From positions 178,374,001 through 178,438,000 of the forward strand of contig JBITNC010000001.1 of assembly GCA_050084985.1 (NCBI GenBank): DNA of 64,000 nt. The letters run 5' to 3'. This stretch comes from Nageia nagi (taxonomy: Eukaryota; Plantae; Pinophyta). Shown here piece by piece: positions 39,628 to 52,531 of this stretch (positions within the stretch are counted from its first letter, which is position 1; every line of letters begins with the position of its first letter). The position numbers were made by a program, and so were the translations under genes. The notes under the pieces were generated by a model. The model saw only the letters and a program-made list of their open reading frames with translations, had not been told where the DNA came from and did no database searches.

Positions 39628-42600
39628 TGTTAAGAGTATTATTTTCTTTATTATCTAGTTAGATATCTAGGTTGACATTATCTTAAATTCACTAGTAGTT
39701 GTGCTTAGTTGTTATCTTTATCGGGTTGTTTTAATCCGATGGTCAATATTGTTTTGATCGTGTGGTCATTGTTCATTTCACTTGTTATTTAAGCAAGGTG
39801 TACTTTATGTATAATTAATCCATTATTTTATTCTTTGCAAGCAATCTTTTATGCTCTTGTGATATTCTTTTGGCTTTTGCATCCTAGGTGAGGAACTTCG
39901 TTTTTCCTCTCCTGTCATGGTACCGCAAGTTGAGTTTTGTAAAGATATTCCTGAGTCTTTGCTTGCATTCAAGTGGCATCCACAACCTTCATTTGCTGTG
40001 TAGTGTGTCCTCTTCGGTGGATTATCTCCCTGCATTGGTGTCTCACGACATTTCAACTCTAGGGTTTTATTGGCAAAATTGCATGCTGTAGTGTTTCTAT
40101 CTTCTATCTGTGAGATCTTACATCCTCACCGGCGTGATCTCCTTTTGTTCGCATCCTCGCGGCTTGTTCATTGCGTGTATACACCTACGTAGATTTTTAT
40201 GTGCAGCCTGGTGTTCTTGGCTGGATATCTCAACTTGCGGTTATTTTCTCGTGAGTTTTCGGCCTCCATGCGTGTCTTTGCACTTTTTTCTAGGGCTGAC
40301 TTGGATTTGTCATGGTGTTTTGAGATTTAGAACTACTTTTTTCCAGCTCAAAACGTCATCAAGAAGATAGTCACAATTTTTGAAGCTTTTATTGGCCAAA
40401 TTTGACATCTGGCAATAGATCTGGATACCCTTTTTTGAGCTGATCAATTTTGGTTTTTGGATCACTCGAATCTGAGCTCGTTTGAGGAAGTTACGAGTGT
40501 TTGAAGATCCGGTTTTCAATTTGATTTGGGGAGCTTGTGTAATAGTCAAGTTTTTCGAGATTGCTCTTTGATCAGGTCCCCCGAAACGGACACTTTCAAA
40601 GTGTTCCTCACCGATCGTTTTCATTACAAATATGACCCTTTGGTCCACTCAACTGCTTGGAATCTAAGTCAAAAGTTTCAAAATTAGATTATTAATTAAA
40701 TTGGTCAAATTTAATTTAATTAATTTTCTAAAGTTTTGGGCTTTAAATTTTAATTTTTTGTCCTCATTCAAATTAATTGCATAACTGCTTCATACGGACT
40801 CCGTTTTGAGTGCTGTTTTTTCCGATACAGAGAAAATTGTGAGTACTATATAGATTTTGTTGTACGCCTAAATTATAAAGGCATTTTTTGTGGAAAGCAT
40901 TTCTTTTCCTAGAAGGCATACATTGTGGAGGGTCACTTCATATTTGATTATCTTGACAATGCTTACATTTGTGGGTAGGATAAATTCTTTTGGAAGCTTT
41001 TTATGATCAATCCTACATTCTTACAAACTAAAATTATAAAGTCCCAATTTCTTGCTTTGGTTGTCTACAATCAGCCCATCATGTTTGTTATAGGCAGAGA
41101 CCACACTTTTTTTGTGCATGAGAAGTCGCTTTGAGCTTGACTATCCTTGCTTTTGTGGTTCATTCTCTAGCCTATCTTCTCATTTTGTGAGACACTTTGG
41201 ATTCAGGGGGGAATTTCTTTGGTGACTTTCATAGTTCAATGGCTCTTTCGTGGGAATATCCAACATATCCCATTACTTCATTGGTTGATCATGCTTCCTT
41301 TCCTTCTTGGTGTGAAAGCCTCATTGAGTACTTGCGCTCTTGTGAGCTTCTGCCATATCTTCTTGGTCCAGTTCCAGCACCTGTTTTTCAAACACTTGAG
41401 TGGCTTATTTGGCATTCCAATATATGTGATGTGTGTTCTATATTCTACTACATTGGTGATAGTATTTATTAAGATATTTTACCACCTTTTGACTATTCCA
41501 AGCCGACTCGTCATATATATTTCTCACTTGTTTGTGCACACTTTGAGGCTCTCTCACCTTGTGATGAAGATTCCTTGATGCATGAAGATTCAGTGAATGA
41601 GGCAGATGGTGAAGAAGATATTATGGTGCAAGATGTTTCTGATTCTATTTCAGAGACTCTGGAGGACGTTCTTGATGGTGTTGCTTCTCTCTTTATAGAG
41701 TCGCACATTGTTGATGTTGTTGACCTTCATGAAGAGCTTGCCTCTTTATTTTATATATCCCCTCATGTTGGCTCTTTTGAGGATATTATTGTGGTGAGCC
41801 TTCCTTGTTTGGATGAGCCACCTTCTCCTCATTCAACTACTGCTTCCTTTGGAGCCTTCACTTGCTCCCTTTGTCCTACAATAGGATTTTTGTGAGACCT
41901 ACTTTGAGTCTCCTCCACCTCCATCTTCGGTTGGACTCTCTTTAGGAGATCTTGGAGGCTATCTTGAGGTTTCTTTGCCTCCTCTTGCTGCTTTCATAGA
42001 TGTTTCTTTTATGCAACACATTGAGTCTTTTGACTCATCACATGGTGATCCTTTGGTTGTAGTGTCATCACCATCTCTATCTAGTTTGTTGGTGAAATCT
42101 TCTCTTCGACATGGTTCATAGCTTCCTTCGTTGTCGCTTGTACCAGATTCGATGATGTTCTCTCCTTCTCATACTTTCTTGGATTAGGAAGATTTTCGAT
42201 GTATGCCTCCTAGCTTCTTTCTTCCCCATGGGAGATATTCAGTTCAACGACAAGGCATCTACATTATTTGTGGACATCACGTTGACCCTTTTCAGTTCTA
42301 CCTTGTTGACGATTGTACTTTGGGAGGCATCATTGCAAACATCTTTTCATCACCTTACTTGGTTGAGTTGAAGGAAGTTATCCTTAGGGGTTGTTGATGA
42401 GGACACCTTCCTCTCCACCTTCCTTTATATTTTTTTCTTTCTTCTGGAAGATGGTTTTTTCCCATGTGGTTTTTCATCATCTACAGGAGAGCTTTCTATT
42501 CATGTTTTTGTGTGATAGCCTATTTGTACATAGTACCTTATCAGGCCTAGTTGTCAGGACTCATTTTTTCTCAGCTATTTACGATCCTACCTAGTATCAC

Positions 42601-42902
42601 TTAAGGGGGGGTGTTAGAGTATTATTTTCTTTATTATCTAGTTAGGTATATAGGTCGACATTATCTTAAGTTCACTAGTAGGTGTGCTTAGTTGTCATGT
42701 TTATCGGGTTGTTTTAATCTGATGGTCAAAATTGTTTTGATCGTGTGGTCATTGTTCATTTCACTTGCTATTTAGGCAAGGTGTACCTTATGTATAATTA
42801 ATCCATCATTTTATTCTTTGCGAGCATTCTTTTATGCTCTTGTGATATTCTTTCGGCTTTTGCATTCTAGGTGAGGAACTTCATTTTTCCACGCTCCTTT
42901 CG
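39628..42902 (+). mobile_element. Non-autonomous copia-derived LTR element (3275 bp) with both LTRs and TSD
   Basis: LTRs at 39628-39917 and 42612-42902 (~290 bp, ~90% identical by eye). Perfect 5-bp TSD ATTAG (39623-39627 / 42903-42907). PBS-like TGGTACC at 39918. PPT TTAAGGGGGGG before 42612. The interior has only a gag-N-like relic (ORF 41197-41472) and an RNase H tail relic (IANIF...LKEVILRG); no RT or IN. Confidence 0.88.
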
Positions 42903-42907
42903 ATTAG

Positions 42908-43210
42908 AGTGCGCAAGGCTCGGCAAACATTTTGCTCAGTGAAAACTCAGACTTGGGAAAAATGCAGTTAAAAATTTGCCAAAATCTTGGGAATTAAAAA
43001 AATATTAAAATATTTGTTTTTTCGAATAACTCGGTAAAATTTGTGAGTTGCCAAAAAAACTTAGCAAAAACGACAAGCCAACTCCAGCGAAAACTTGCTC
43101 AATACATCATGATCAACTTCAAAACTCATGAGCTGAACGTGAGTACTCATTTTGATGGACTCAGCAAGATTGCTTAAGAGTACTTGCCAGACTAGGAGAG
43201 TTTGACTACG
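42908..43210. mobile_element. hAT-type MITE body (left terminus probably CATAGTG at 39616, split by the LTR element)
   Basis: Dense ACTCGG/ACTCAG/ACTTGC subterminal motifs. Right end is GAGTTTGACTACG. The flanks on either side join into sequence homologous to 26260-26460. No TSD was found. Confidence 0.5.
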
Positions 43211-44335
43211 TTGGCTCATGTAAAGTGCCCTTATACTTCAGGCCTCGGAGTTCAAGCACACAAAATTTGCATATTAAATACTATTCACGACTATGCCAAC
43301 TTCAGGATGCTGAGTCTTTGTTTATGGCATTGGAATGAACTTTATTAGATTGGCAGTATGTCACATTGTCACATATGGTGGACGTGCTGGAGAGAGAAAA
43401 ATCCATTGTTATTTGCTCTTTTTTATATCACAAGATAAACAATCTAGTCAATCCCCCATTGATTGATTGGTTAGCTTCAAACTAGCTTAGGATAGTAGTT
43501 TTCCTTTATAGACAATGTGATAGGAACTTATGGGTCTCAAGCTTCATCAGGTTCCTTAATGTCATATTATGAATTTGATACTGTTAAGAATGTTCTATTT
43601 CTGAAAAATGAGCTTTATGTAACATAACAGATTTCACAATCACAGGGTTCTTATTCTTGACCAATATGCGTTTGATTTTTCTCACTTGATCACTAAATGA
43701 TGAACTTAAAACTGTTCTTTGGCCTTGAACTCCCACCTCATCTGAAAAATATAGGATTTGTGGGCTTTTTGTTCACAGATGTGGAATCCTCATCATGAAG
43801 CCTGTTTCTGTTAATCACGTAAACTTGGTGGTGCATGGGATTGCCATTTTTTGTTTTTATACATCAGTTCTTCCTAAGTATTTTGTTTTCCTCGTAATTT
43901 GCTAGAGTGTTTTTAAAAATATTTCAAGCATTGCCTCCCCTTTTTGCCTGACCTTAGTTTCTTTCTACAAGTTAGCAGCTAACACTTCCAGCAATATTAA
44001 AGCACAGATTGGAGGAAAGAATCATCAGCAGAAGACAAATGAATTTTTGTTAGCAAAAACATCAAAGGTTTCAAAAGTAAAATATTATGTTAATTAGGAT
44101 TCATAAATTTTGGTTGTCAGAGTTATTAAGCATCAATTTAGTTGATCCATCTTGGATGTGAACATGGCCAAAGAAATGCTTTACAGTTTTAAAGATTACA
44201 ATTCGATGAGACCTATGTATGTCATCTTGTGGTGTCAGCATGCATTTTTATTGTAAAAAGTTGAATGCTTAAACATATAATTAAATTCACAAAGATTTTG
44301 TGACTGGATTAAATATTTTCAGTTGCTTCTTGCAG

Positions 44336-44923
44336 GAGTTAGAATTTATTTTTGGTCAGCCTCCACCTGCTTTCAATTCTGTGTCCCACAGAACTGGAAG
44401 CCTAACAATGGAAGAAAAAGCCAGTCCAAGTCATTTGCAAGAAAAGAGCCATATTCTCTCTCATGTAGATGCCCATGGAAAGGCCAATATGGTGGATGTC
44501 TCAGAGAAGCCATCTACCAAGAGGATGGCCATTGCAAGTTGTAAAGTTCTCCTGGGGGAGATTGCATTTCAGCTTGTGGCTGCCAATCAGATTGCCAAAG
44601 GGGATGTTTTGAACATGGCAAAGATTGCTGGAATTTATGGAGCAAAACACACAGGTGATCTTATTCCTCTATGCCATAACATAATGCTAAGCAAAGTTCA
44701 TGTGGGTTTGAGCCTGAATGAAGAAGAACATGCTGTGGAGATCAAAGGGGAGGTAACCTCTGTCGGTCAAACAGGGGTTGAAATGGAAGCTATGACTGCA
44801 GTTTCTGTGGCAGGATTGACAGTATATGACATGTGCAAAGCAGTTTCAAAGGATATTCAGATCACCAATATTCAATTGGAAATGAAGATGGGAGGGAAAA
44901 GTGGAAACTGGGTCAGAAATTAA
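44336..44923 (+). CDS. CNX3: Cyclic pyranopterin monophosphate synthase (MoaC family, molybdenum cofactor biosynthesis); terminal coding exon
   Basis: Intact MoaC domain: LSHVD..GKANMVDVS.K..T.R.A.A, KGDVL..AKIAGI.GAK.T..LIPLCH, TGVEMEAMTAVSVAGLTVYDMCKA, K.GGKSG. The splice acceptor TTGCTTCTTGCAG ends at 44335 in phase 0 before ELEFIFGQPP. Stop TAA at 44921-44923. The GTG start in the ORF track lies in the intron. Confidence 0.96.
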   Translation, partial: ELEFIFGQPPPAFNSVSHRTGSLTMEEKASPSHLQEKSHILSHVDAHGKANMVDVSEKPSTKRMAIASCKVLLGEIAFQLVAANQIAKGDVLNMAKIAGIYGAKHTGDLIPLCHNIMLSKVHVGLSLNEEEHAVEIKGEVTSVGQTGVEMEAMTAVSVAGLTVYDMCKAVSKDIQITNIQLEMKMGGKSGNWVRN

Positions 44924-46395
44924 TAGAAATTATGTGGAAAAAAAGATGGTTATGTATTGAAAGGCTTGGCTGTGCCCTTGAGTTTATGGACTTCACTTTC
45001 CATAGTTGTAACAAATAGCCAGCTCAATTGAGCTTTATATGTGGATGTCGCTGTATTAATTGGAGAAACTTCCAGAGAGACCTAGTTTTGGCTTTCACGT
45101 CATGTTCCAAGGGAACATACCTGACTTCCATGAATTTTCCATGGAAAGACTTGCCCTATTTAACAGTGGCCATATAACATTTTACAACTGTATATGGGTA
45201 AATTAAAAAGCAAGTTCAACGTTGAAGAACCTTAATCTGTTTCCTCAAGTTGCATGTAGCTATCAATTTGTGGAAATCTTAGAGATAAGTTATGAATTGC
45301 TTATTTATTATTTTCAATGTCCCTTTGGTATGTTGATTTTGCATGACTTCTAAGTTCTTCCCTATGTTTTGCTAGACAGGCAGAGATATTATTATTTTTC
45401 TAACGATACCCAAAAGAAAGCTACTGTAAACATAATTTGGAATGATTTTATGGAGTTTTATGAACTTTTTCGTACTTGAACTTTGTCCTTGGTTCTGGAA
45501 AGCATGACTCAAATTCTCATATGCTCTTTATTTTGGAGTAAAAGTATGTTGGCAGTTATTTTTTCTATTTGACACATGCAACATTTGTTCATGGTGAAAA
45601 TTGTTCAGTCTGCAAATAAAGTTCTCCCAGTTGAAAATTGCTCAAATAAAAGATTTCTATGGCTTTCCATCAGACTTCCAGAGCTTCCTTTGAATTTATC
45701 ATCATATTATTGTTTGGAGTTAAAGAGACAAATGGCATCATTGACCAAAATGATCACCGTGTTGTACAAGGAAATAATTTGATAAATAATATGATGAACG
45801 AGTTCAGGCTTGACCATGCTTTGGTCAACATCTGTTAACATATTTGATATCTCATACGCTTTCCAATCTCGAGTGTCTTGTATCAGGCAGTTGCGTTAGT
45901 TGAAAGGTATATTTGTCTGGCTAAGTCAACTTGATGTGCTTATAATCTTAAAAAATCTTGTTTTATTTTATGTTGTTACGAAGGAATTTTAGAAATAGGT
46001 TTCAGTGAATAAAGCCTTACATAGAAAGATCAAACATTTAAAGATTGATCTGCTTTATGAAAAAATAAACCAAATCCACTTAATGGCTCATTCCTACCTT
46101 TGCATTGCAGTTTGCATATCTGCTATGTGAATTCCATTAATTGTTGAAAACCAAAAATAATGAATTATATTAAAATTATATTTGATATGAAATTTTTATT
46201 GTTCTCAAAGCTTGGTATGAATGAGTGTCTATATGAAATTTTGAATTGGACGAAAAAGGGAACATAAAAAACTTGAGCTATAGATATTCAAGTATGAAGC
46301 GGGAAATATAACATTTGGTGTCAAAGGAGATCAGTGATAAGCAATCCGTAACTCTTACACAATAATCTAATTCTAGTACAAAATGTCCTCCAAGG

Positions 46396-47103
46396 TGATC
46401 CATAATCATCGGATGCTTATAACATACTTGAATCCTCATTTACAGATTCGAAAATACAAAATTAACACCACTATGTTACCCATCAAATTGTATATGTAAA
46501 TTGATAATTTAGTGAATACTGAATAAAATCAATTTTATCCCCACACACAACAATATTAACACAATGATTTGCCTTGGTTCATCCAATGTGGGCTAATCCA
46601 ACATGGAATGGAAGCATTTCTCTTATATTGTCCATAGAGCATTACAATATTACATGTACAATGGAGATACCATCAAAATGACAGCAATACACCTACTACA
46701 AACCTCTACAACACTCCTACACAATCAAAGAATCTACTACAACAAAGAATGAATAATTTTACAAGATGACTCTTGGTCTCCCTTGCAAAACCCTCTCTAA
46801 CTCTTCCAATCCCTTAACAATGAAGAAGATAGCTACAAATAGATTCAGAATTGCCAATTGACAATGATTCATCTCCATAATCGTCTTACTTCTGAAACAA
46901 CCTCATCCCTTCAATTTTCTACCAAACTAGATCCAAACCTACGATGTGGATGCCTTGAAAACCTTTGTCAGCATAGCGCCAATGCTGCCCTTCCTATGAG
47001 ATCAAACCACCAAATTTCAAAGTTCAGCTAACCTCCAAGCACAACAACCTATGGGATAGGTCCTACTTCTGAAGAGATCAACCTACAGATCCATTTCAGA
47101 TCA
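46396..47103 (-). repeat. 3' LTR (708 bp)
   Basis: Direct repeat of 51812-52531, adjacent to the PPT. Confidence 0.93.
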
Positions 47104-50100
47104 CACCTCCCTAATAGGCAAGCATTTGGTCCCACAAATGCTTATGGAACAAATATGAGGATACAACTCCACCTTGGATTTCTCCATTCACTTGGCTCTG
47201 TTATGCAAATGTCCTTTCAATCCAACCAACCATAGCTTAGTCTCACCCCTTCGTGTAGTACGAACTTTCTTTTGTAATATAGATTCTTCCTTGAGTTCAT
47301 TCATAATATGAGGAGCTAAGTCATCAATAGATGACGAAATTTAATCTGAACCTGCTTCATCTTCAGTCATACATGGATGGCTCATATAATTTCAAGTTCT
47401 CCACATTCACAATTGAATAGATATTCATATATGCGGATAGATTCAATTCAAATGCATTCTCACTCGCTCCATAATTTCAAATAGTCCATACCTTATAGGT
47501 TTCAACTTCTTGACTGTTCCTTGCAAACTCTCATTGTTGAGATATAACCAAATAAGATCTCCCACATGAAACTAATGGTCAACCCTATGCTTATCATGCT
47601 TCAACTTATACTTGGCTTTGCTTGCCTTGAGTTTCTCTTGAACTTTCAAATGAATTTGCCTAATTCTTTCCACAAATGCTTCAACTTGGTTGTCATCCTT
47701 CATAAGTGAATCTCCTTCATCCTTTTGTTGATCAAACACATAATCAAAAGTTGAAGGTGCAAATAACCAACATAAGTCTCAAATGGAGTTTTATTAATGG
47801 AGGAATGAATTGCTCTATTATATGATTGTTGAATATACTCAAGATGTTCATTCCAAGACTTGAGATGCTTGCTACAATAACCTCTCAAGAGTTGAAGGAT
47901 TTTCCTACTCACCACTTCAATTTGTCCATCTGTTTGAGTATCCATATTCTCCCATAAGTCCAAAATTTACCCAAAACTTTACTATTCCTATTTGAAACAA
48001 TAGAAGTAGGCAACCCAAAATGAACCCAAACATGAGAAAAGAACAAATTTGTAGCCTCTTATCTTGTAATAGTCTTCTTACATGAGATTAAAACACACTT
48101 CTTGCTAAACCTGTCCACCACAACAAACAAATAGTCATGCTTCTTCTTGGACATAGGCAAACATCCCATAAAATCCATTAAGATACACTCCCAAAGACGA
48201 GTTGGTACTAGAAGTGGTTGATACAAACCCAATTTTTTGTTACTATGCTTACTTTTGCAACATAAAGAACACCCCCTAATGTACTTGGCAACTTGCTCTT
48301 ACATCTTGGGATAATACGCATACCTTTGTAAATTAAGTAATATCTTTCCAACCCCAAAATGACCAACTATCTTGGATGTATGAGCTTCTTTGATCAATAC
48401 AATTCTCTCCTTTTCAGGAACATATAATGCATTAAAATGATAAAGTCCATATTTCAAATGAAAATCATCCATACCTTCATAATCCAATCTAGATGAAATC
48501 AACCTTTGATATACTTCCCCAAAATCAGGATCATGCATACATGCTTATGAATACACCTCAAAGACAAAAGGATAAAACTTCATGACTATCAAGGAACTCA
48601 TATTTACCTTTGTGCATGACATCGATGCCCTGTGGATAGTACCATAGAGCGTGCGCTTTGTGATTGCTGCATAAATAGGTGGTTTAGAAAGTATACCTGT
48701 AATCTTATTTTGGCTACCCCTCTTATACTTGATAAGCAAGTGAAATTGTTGCATGAAACTCATCCATATGAAAGGCCTAGTTTGCTACAACTTCGATTGG
48801 GTTTGCAAATACTTCAATAGTTGATGGTTAGTATGTATGACTGTCTTCTTACCCATCAAGTAATGCTTCCACTTCCTTACGGTCTGAACCAATGCATAGA
48901 ACTCCTTATCATACATGGGATAATTCAAAATTGCCCCACTAAACTTTTCAGAATGATAGCATATTGGTATTCCTCCTTGTAACAAAACTACCTCCATGGC
49001 ATAAACACTTGCATGAGGCTCAATTTCAAAAGGCTTTTGCAAATCAAGAAGTGCCAAAATAGGTGCATTAACAATTTTTTTCTTCAAAATCTCAAAAGAT
49101 GATTGTTGTTTCTTTCTCCATTGAAAAACTTTCCTCTTACTAGCAACATCATGTAAAGTTGAAATTATGGGAGAAATCAACAATAAATTTTCTCAAATAT
49201 TAAACAACACCTAAAAAACTCCTCCAGTGACATTAGATGGTCTAGGCTAATCTACTATAGCAATAACCTTTTCAAGATCTATTTTAAGTTGTCCAAAACT
49301 AATAACATGGCCTAAAAACACTAGAGATTGCTTACCAAACTCACACTCGTTCATCTTCAAAAGAAACTTCTTTTGTAAAGTTTGGAGCACTTGTTTAAGA
49401 TATACCAAATGTTCTTTCCAAGTAGAACTAAACATAAGAATATCATCCAAGTAAACAACAACAAATGAATCAATAAATGAACAAATAACTTCATTCATTA
49501 CCCTCATAAATGTGGCTGGTGCATTACACAAACCAAATGAAAAAATAAGTCAATCAAATAGGCATTGTCTTATCTTGAAGGTGGTCTTCCAAATGTCCTC
49601 CTTGATCCTAACTTGATGATATCCACTTCTCAGGTCCAATTTGGTGAAGAAATTTTTCCCTTGCAACTGATCGAAAAGATCATCTATCCGAGGCAATGGA
49701 TAATGGTTCTTGATTGTGATTTTATTCAGTGCTCTATAATCAATACACATCCTCCAAGTTTGATCCTTCTTGGGAATCAAAACTATAGATGACCCACATG
49801 AAGATGTACTAGGTTTGATAATACCCTGATCAACCAACTCTTGAATTTGCCTTTTAATATCCTCTTGCTCCAAAATTGATTGCTTGTACAATGCTATATT
49901 GGGAAAAGAAGCATTAAGAAATAATTGAATCTCGTCTGTATATCCCGCATAGGAGGTAGTCCCTTAGGCTCTACAAACACATCAACAAACTATTGAACCA
50001 ATCTTTGCATCTCTTCCTCTTTGCTACATGGCATTGGTGCTCTGGAGTTAGAATTGCATGATGTGGATGCCATGATATTAATAGACCCAAACTCTTCTTC

Positions 50101-51811
50101 CCTGATCATGAGTAGAACAAACTGCTTATTGTTATTTATTACTCATTTGACCTGATTGAAAGTGACCAAAGGTAACTTCTTATCGCTATTATGAACACTA
50201 ACATGAAAAAGCTTTCCATCCTTAACCAATTTATACTTATTCAATCTTCTGTAATAAAGAGAATATTTATCGCACAATAAAGATTACCAAGAATAACACC
50301 ATGAATATCTAATGGAACAACATCAACCATAACTTCATCAATGTATTTTGCACAAATAACAAATTTCAATTTACATTGCTTAGTAACTTGAAGCCTAGCA
50401 TCATTATACACCCAACCCAAAGGATATGGATGAGGATGGTTGTAGGTCTTCAACCCTAAATTACTCACCATAGACTCATAAATAATATTTGCTCGAGAAC
50501 CTGAACCAATAATGCAATCAACTCTTGTCTTCTTGATTTGAATATTGATATGGAATAAATGAATCCTTTGTTTTTCAATGTCTTTATTTTCTCCAACCTT
50601 TTGGATGGCTAAACAATTAATCTTCTTATTAACATCATAAGTTCCCTCAACATTCTCAAACCTATTGACCATAACATTCTTCTTCTCCTTACTCTTCTTC
50701 TTGTATGGACGTAATTTCAGATGAAGTTTCAAACATTTCTCTTCAACATGAACATCCTTATCATAATGATTGTAATACCTAATGTCATCCTCTTTCTTTG
50801 AAGTATTAGTAGTTTTAGTATCTTGCTTATCTTCTCCTTTCTCTTGAGATTTAACATTGTCTTTTTGTCCCTTTGAACTTGAAGTCTTCTTGCCTTACCA
50901 TCTTCCTCCAAATATTGTGCTTGAACACAAACTTGATCAAAATTTAAAGGATTGAACAACATGATAGTCTTTTGCAAATGAATATGCAACCCTCTAATGT
51001 ACTTCATCAAGGTTTGAGGATCTTTGAGTGAAACCTCAAGAATAAAGTGGGTTGCTTCCAAAATTCGATGGTGTATTCTTGAACTGATTGCCATCTTTGT
51101 TGTATAAACAATTATCATATCATCAATTGTTTATTATGATGTCCTAATGGATAAAATTGATCCTTTAATAATCTCTTAAAATTTTCCCAAGATGAGACTT
51201 CTGGCTAGTTTTCATGCTTAAGAGTTTCAACATGACTCTCCCACCAAATCAATGCATGTCCACCCATATTCAATCTTGTAAAGGAGATTTATTGACATCA
51301 CCAATAACATCATGGATATGAAAGTATACCTCTAATTGTTTCAGTTAATTGTTCAATTTATCAACATCAATATCTCCACCAAAAGTAGGGATCTCTACCT
51401 TTGCCTCCACCTTAAATAGAATGGAATGAGATGATGATGATGATACATCATGTCCTCTTTCTCTTCCATTATGATGTTTCCTCTAATTATTATTATTTGA
51501 ATGAAATATAGCGAAGATCTCAGTTAGCCTTGCCAAATGATTCTTCATTGCAACAAATCTCCTCTCAAAATTGACATCTAACATGGTACAAATGTTTACA
51601 GGCTGTTCCTCCTCAATTGACTCCATAATAGTCACTCTTCTTCGTATAACAATATCAAGATCCTTAGGAAATAATTTACCTCTTTGATATCTACTTTTGA
51701 ACATCAACAATCACGATGTGGGTGCTTTGTAGATAGGCACATTCTATGTTGATGCTATAAAATCACATAAACTCCTCTCAAAATTTTGATAACTTGCGCT
51801 CTAATACCATG

Positions 51812-52531
51812 TGATTCGTAATCATTGGATGCTTATAGAATACTTGGATCCTCACTTATAGATTCAAAAAAAAGAAATTAACACCACTATGTTACCTATC
51901 AAATTGTATATGTAAATTAATAATTTCATGAATATTGAAATAATAGTGAATATAATCAATTTCATCCATACACACACAATAATATTAACACAGTGATTTA
52001 CCCTGGTTCACCTAATGTGGGATAATCTAGCATGAAATGGGAGCACTTCTATTATATTGTCCATAGAGCATTATAATATGTATATGTACAAAATGAGATA
52101 CCATCAAAATGACAATAATACACCTCCTCCAGACCTTTACAATACTCCTACACAATCAAAGAATCTTCTACAACAAAGAATGAACAATTTTACAAGATGA
52201 CTCTTGGTCTCCCTTACAAAACCCTCTCTAACTCTTCCAACCCCTCAATAATGAAGAAGAAAGCTACAAATAGATTCAAAATCACCAACTGATGATGATT
52301 AATCTCCATAATGCTCTAACTTCTGAAACAACCTCGCCCCTTCAATTTCTTGCCAAACTCGATCCAAACCTACAATGTGGATTCCTTGAAAACCTTTACC
52401 AACACGATGCTGATACTATCCTTCCAATGAGATCAGGCCAACATATTTCAAAATTCAGCTAACCTCTAAGCACAACCTCTATAATAGCTCCTACTCCTAA
52501 AGAGATCAACCTATAGATCCATTTCAGATCA
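51812..52531 (-). repeat. 5' LTR (720 bp)
   Basis: Direct repeat of 46396-47103, adjacent to the PBS. Confidence 0.93.

Larger units (their letters stand above)
46396..52531 (-). mobile_element. Structurally complete, degenerate CRM-like Ty3/gypsy LTR retrotransposon (6136 bp)
   Basis: LTRs at 51812-52531 (5') and 46396-47103 (3') with TGAT...ATCA termini. TSD CAAGG (46391-46395) / TAAGG (52532-52536). PBS TGGTATTAGAGC (51798-51809, tRNA-iMet type). PPT at 47104-47115. Domain order is gag, PR (CIIGSGSRANII, HPHPYPLGW), RT ([15 protein letters not shown]), RH (YDKEFYALV), IN. Many stops. Confidence 0.96.

Noticed and set aside
44300-44335. N-terminus MTGLNIFSCFLQ of the 207-aa ORF
   Set aside because: GTG start within an intron 3' end (pyrimidine tract plus CAG); not coding.
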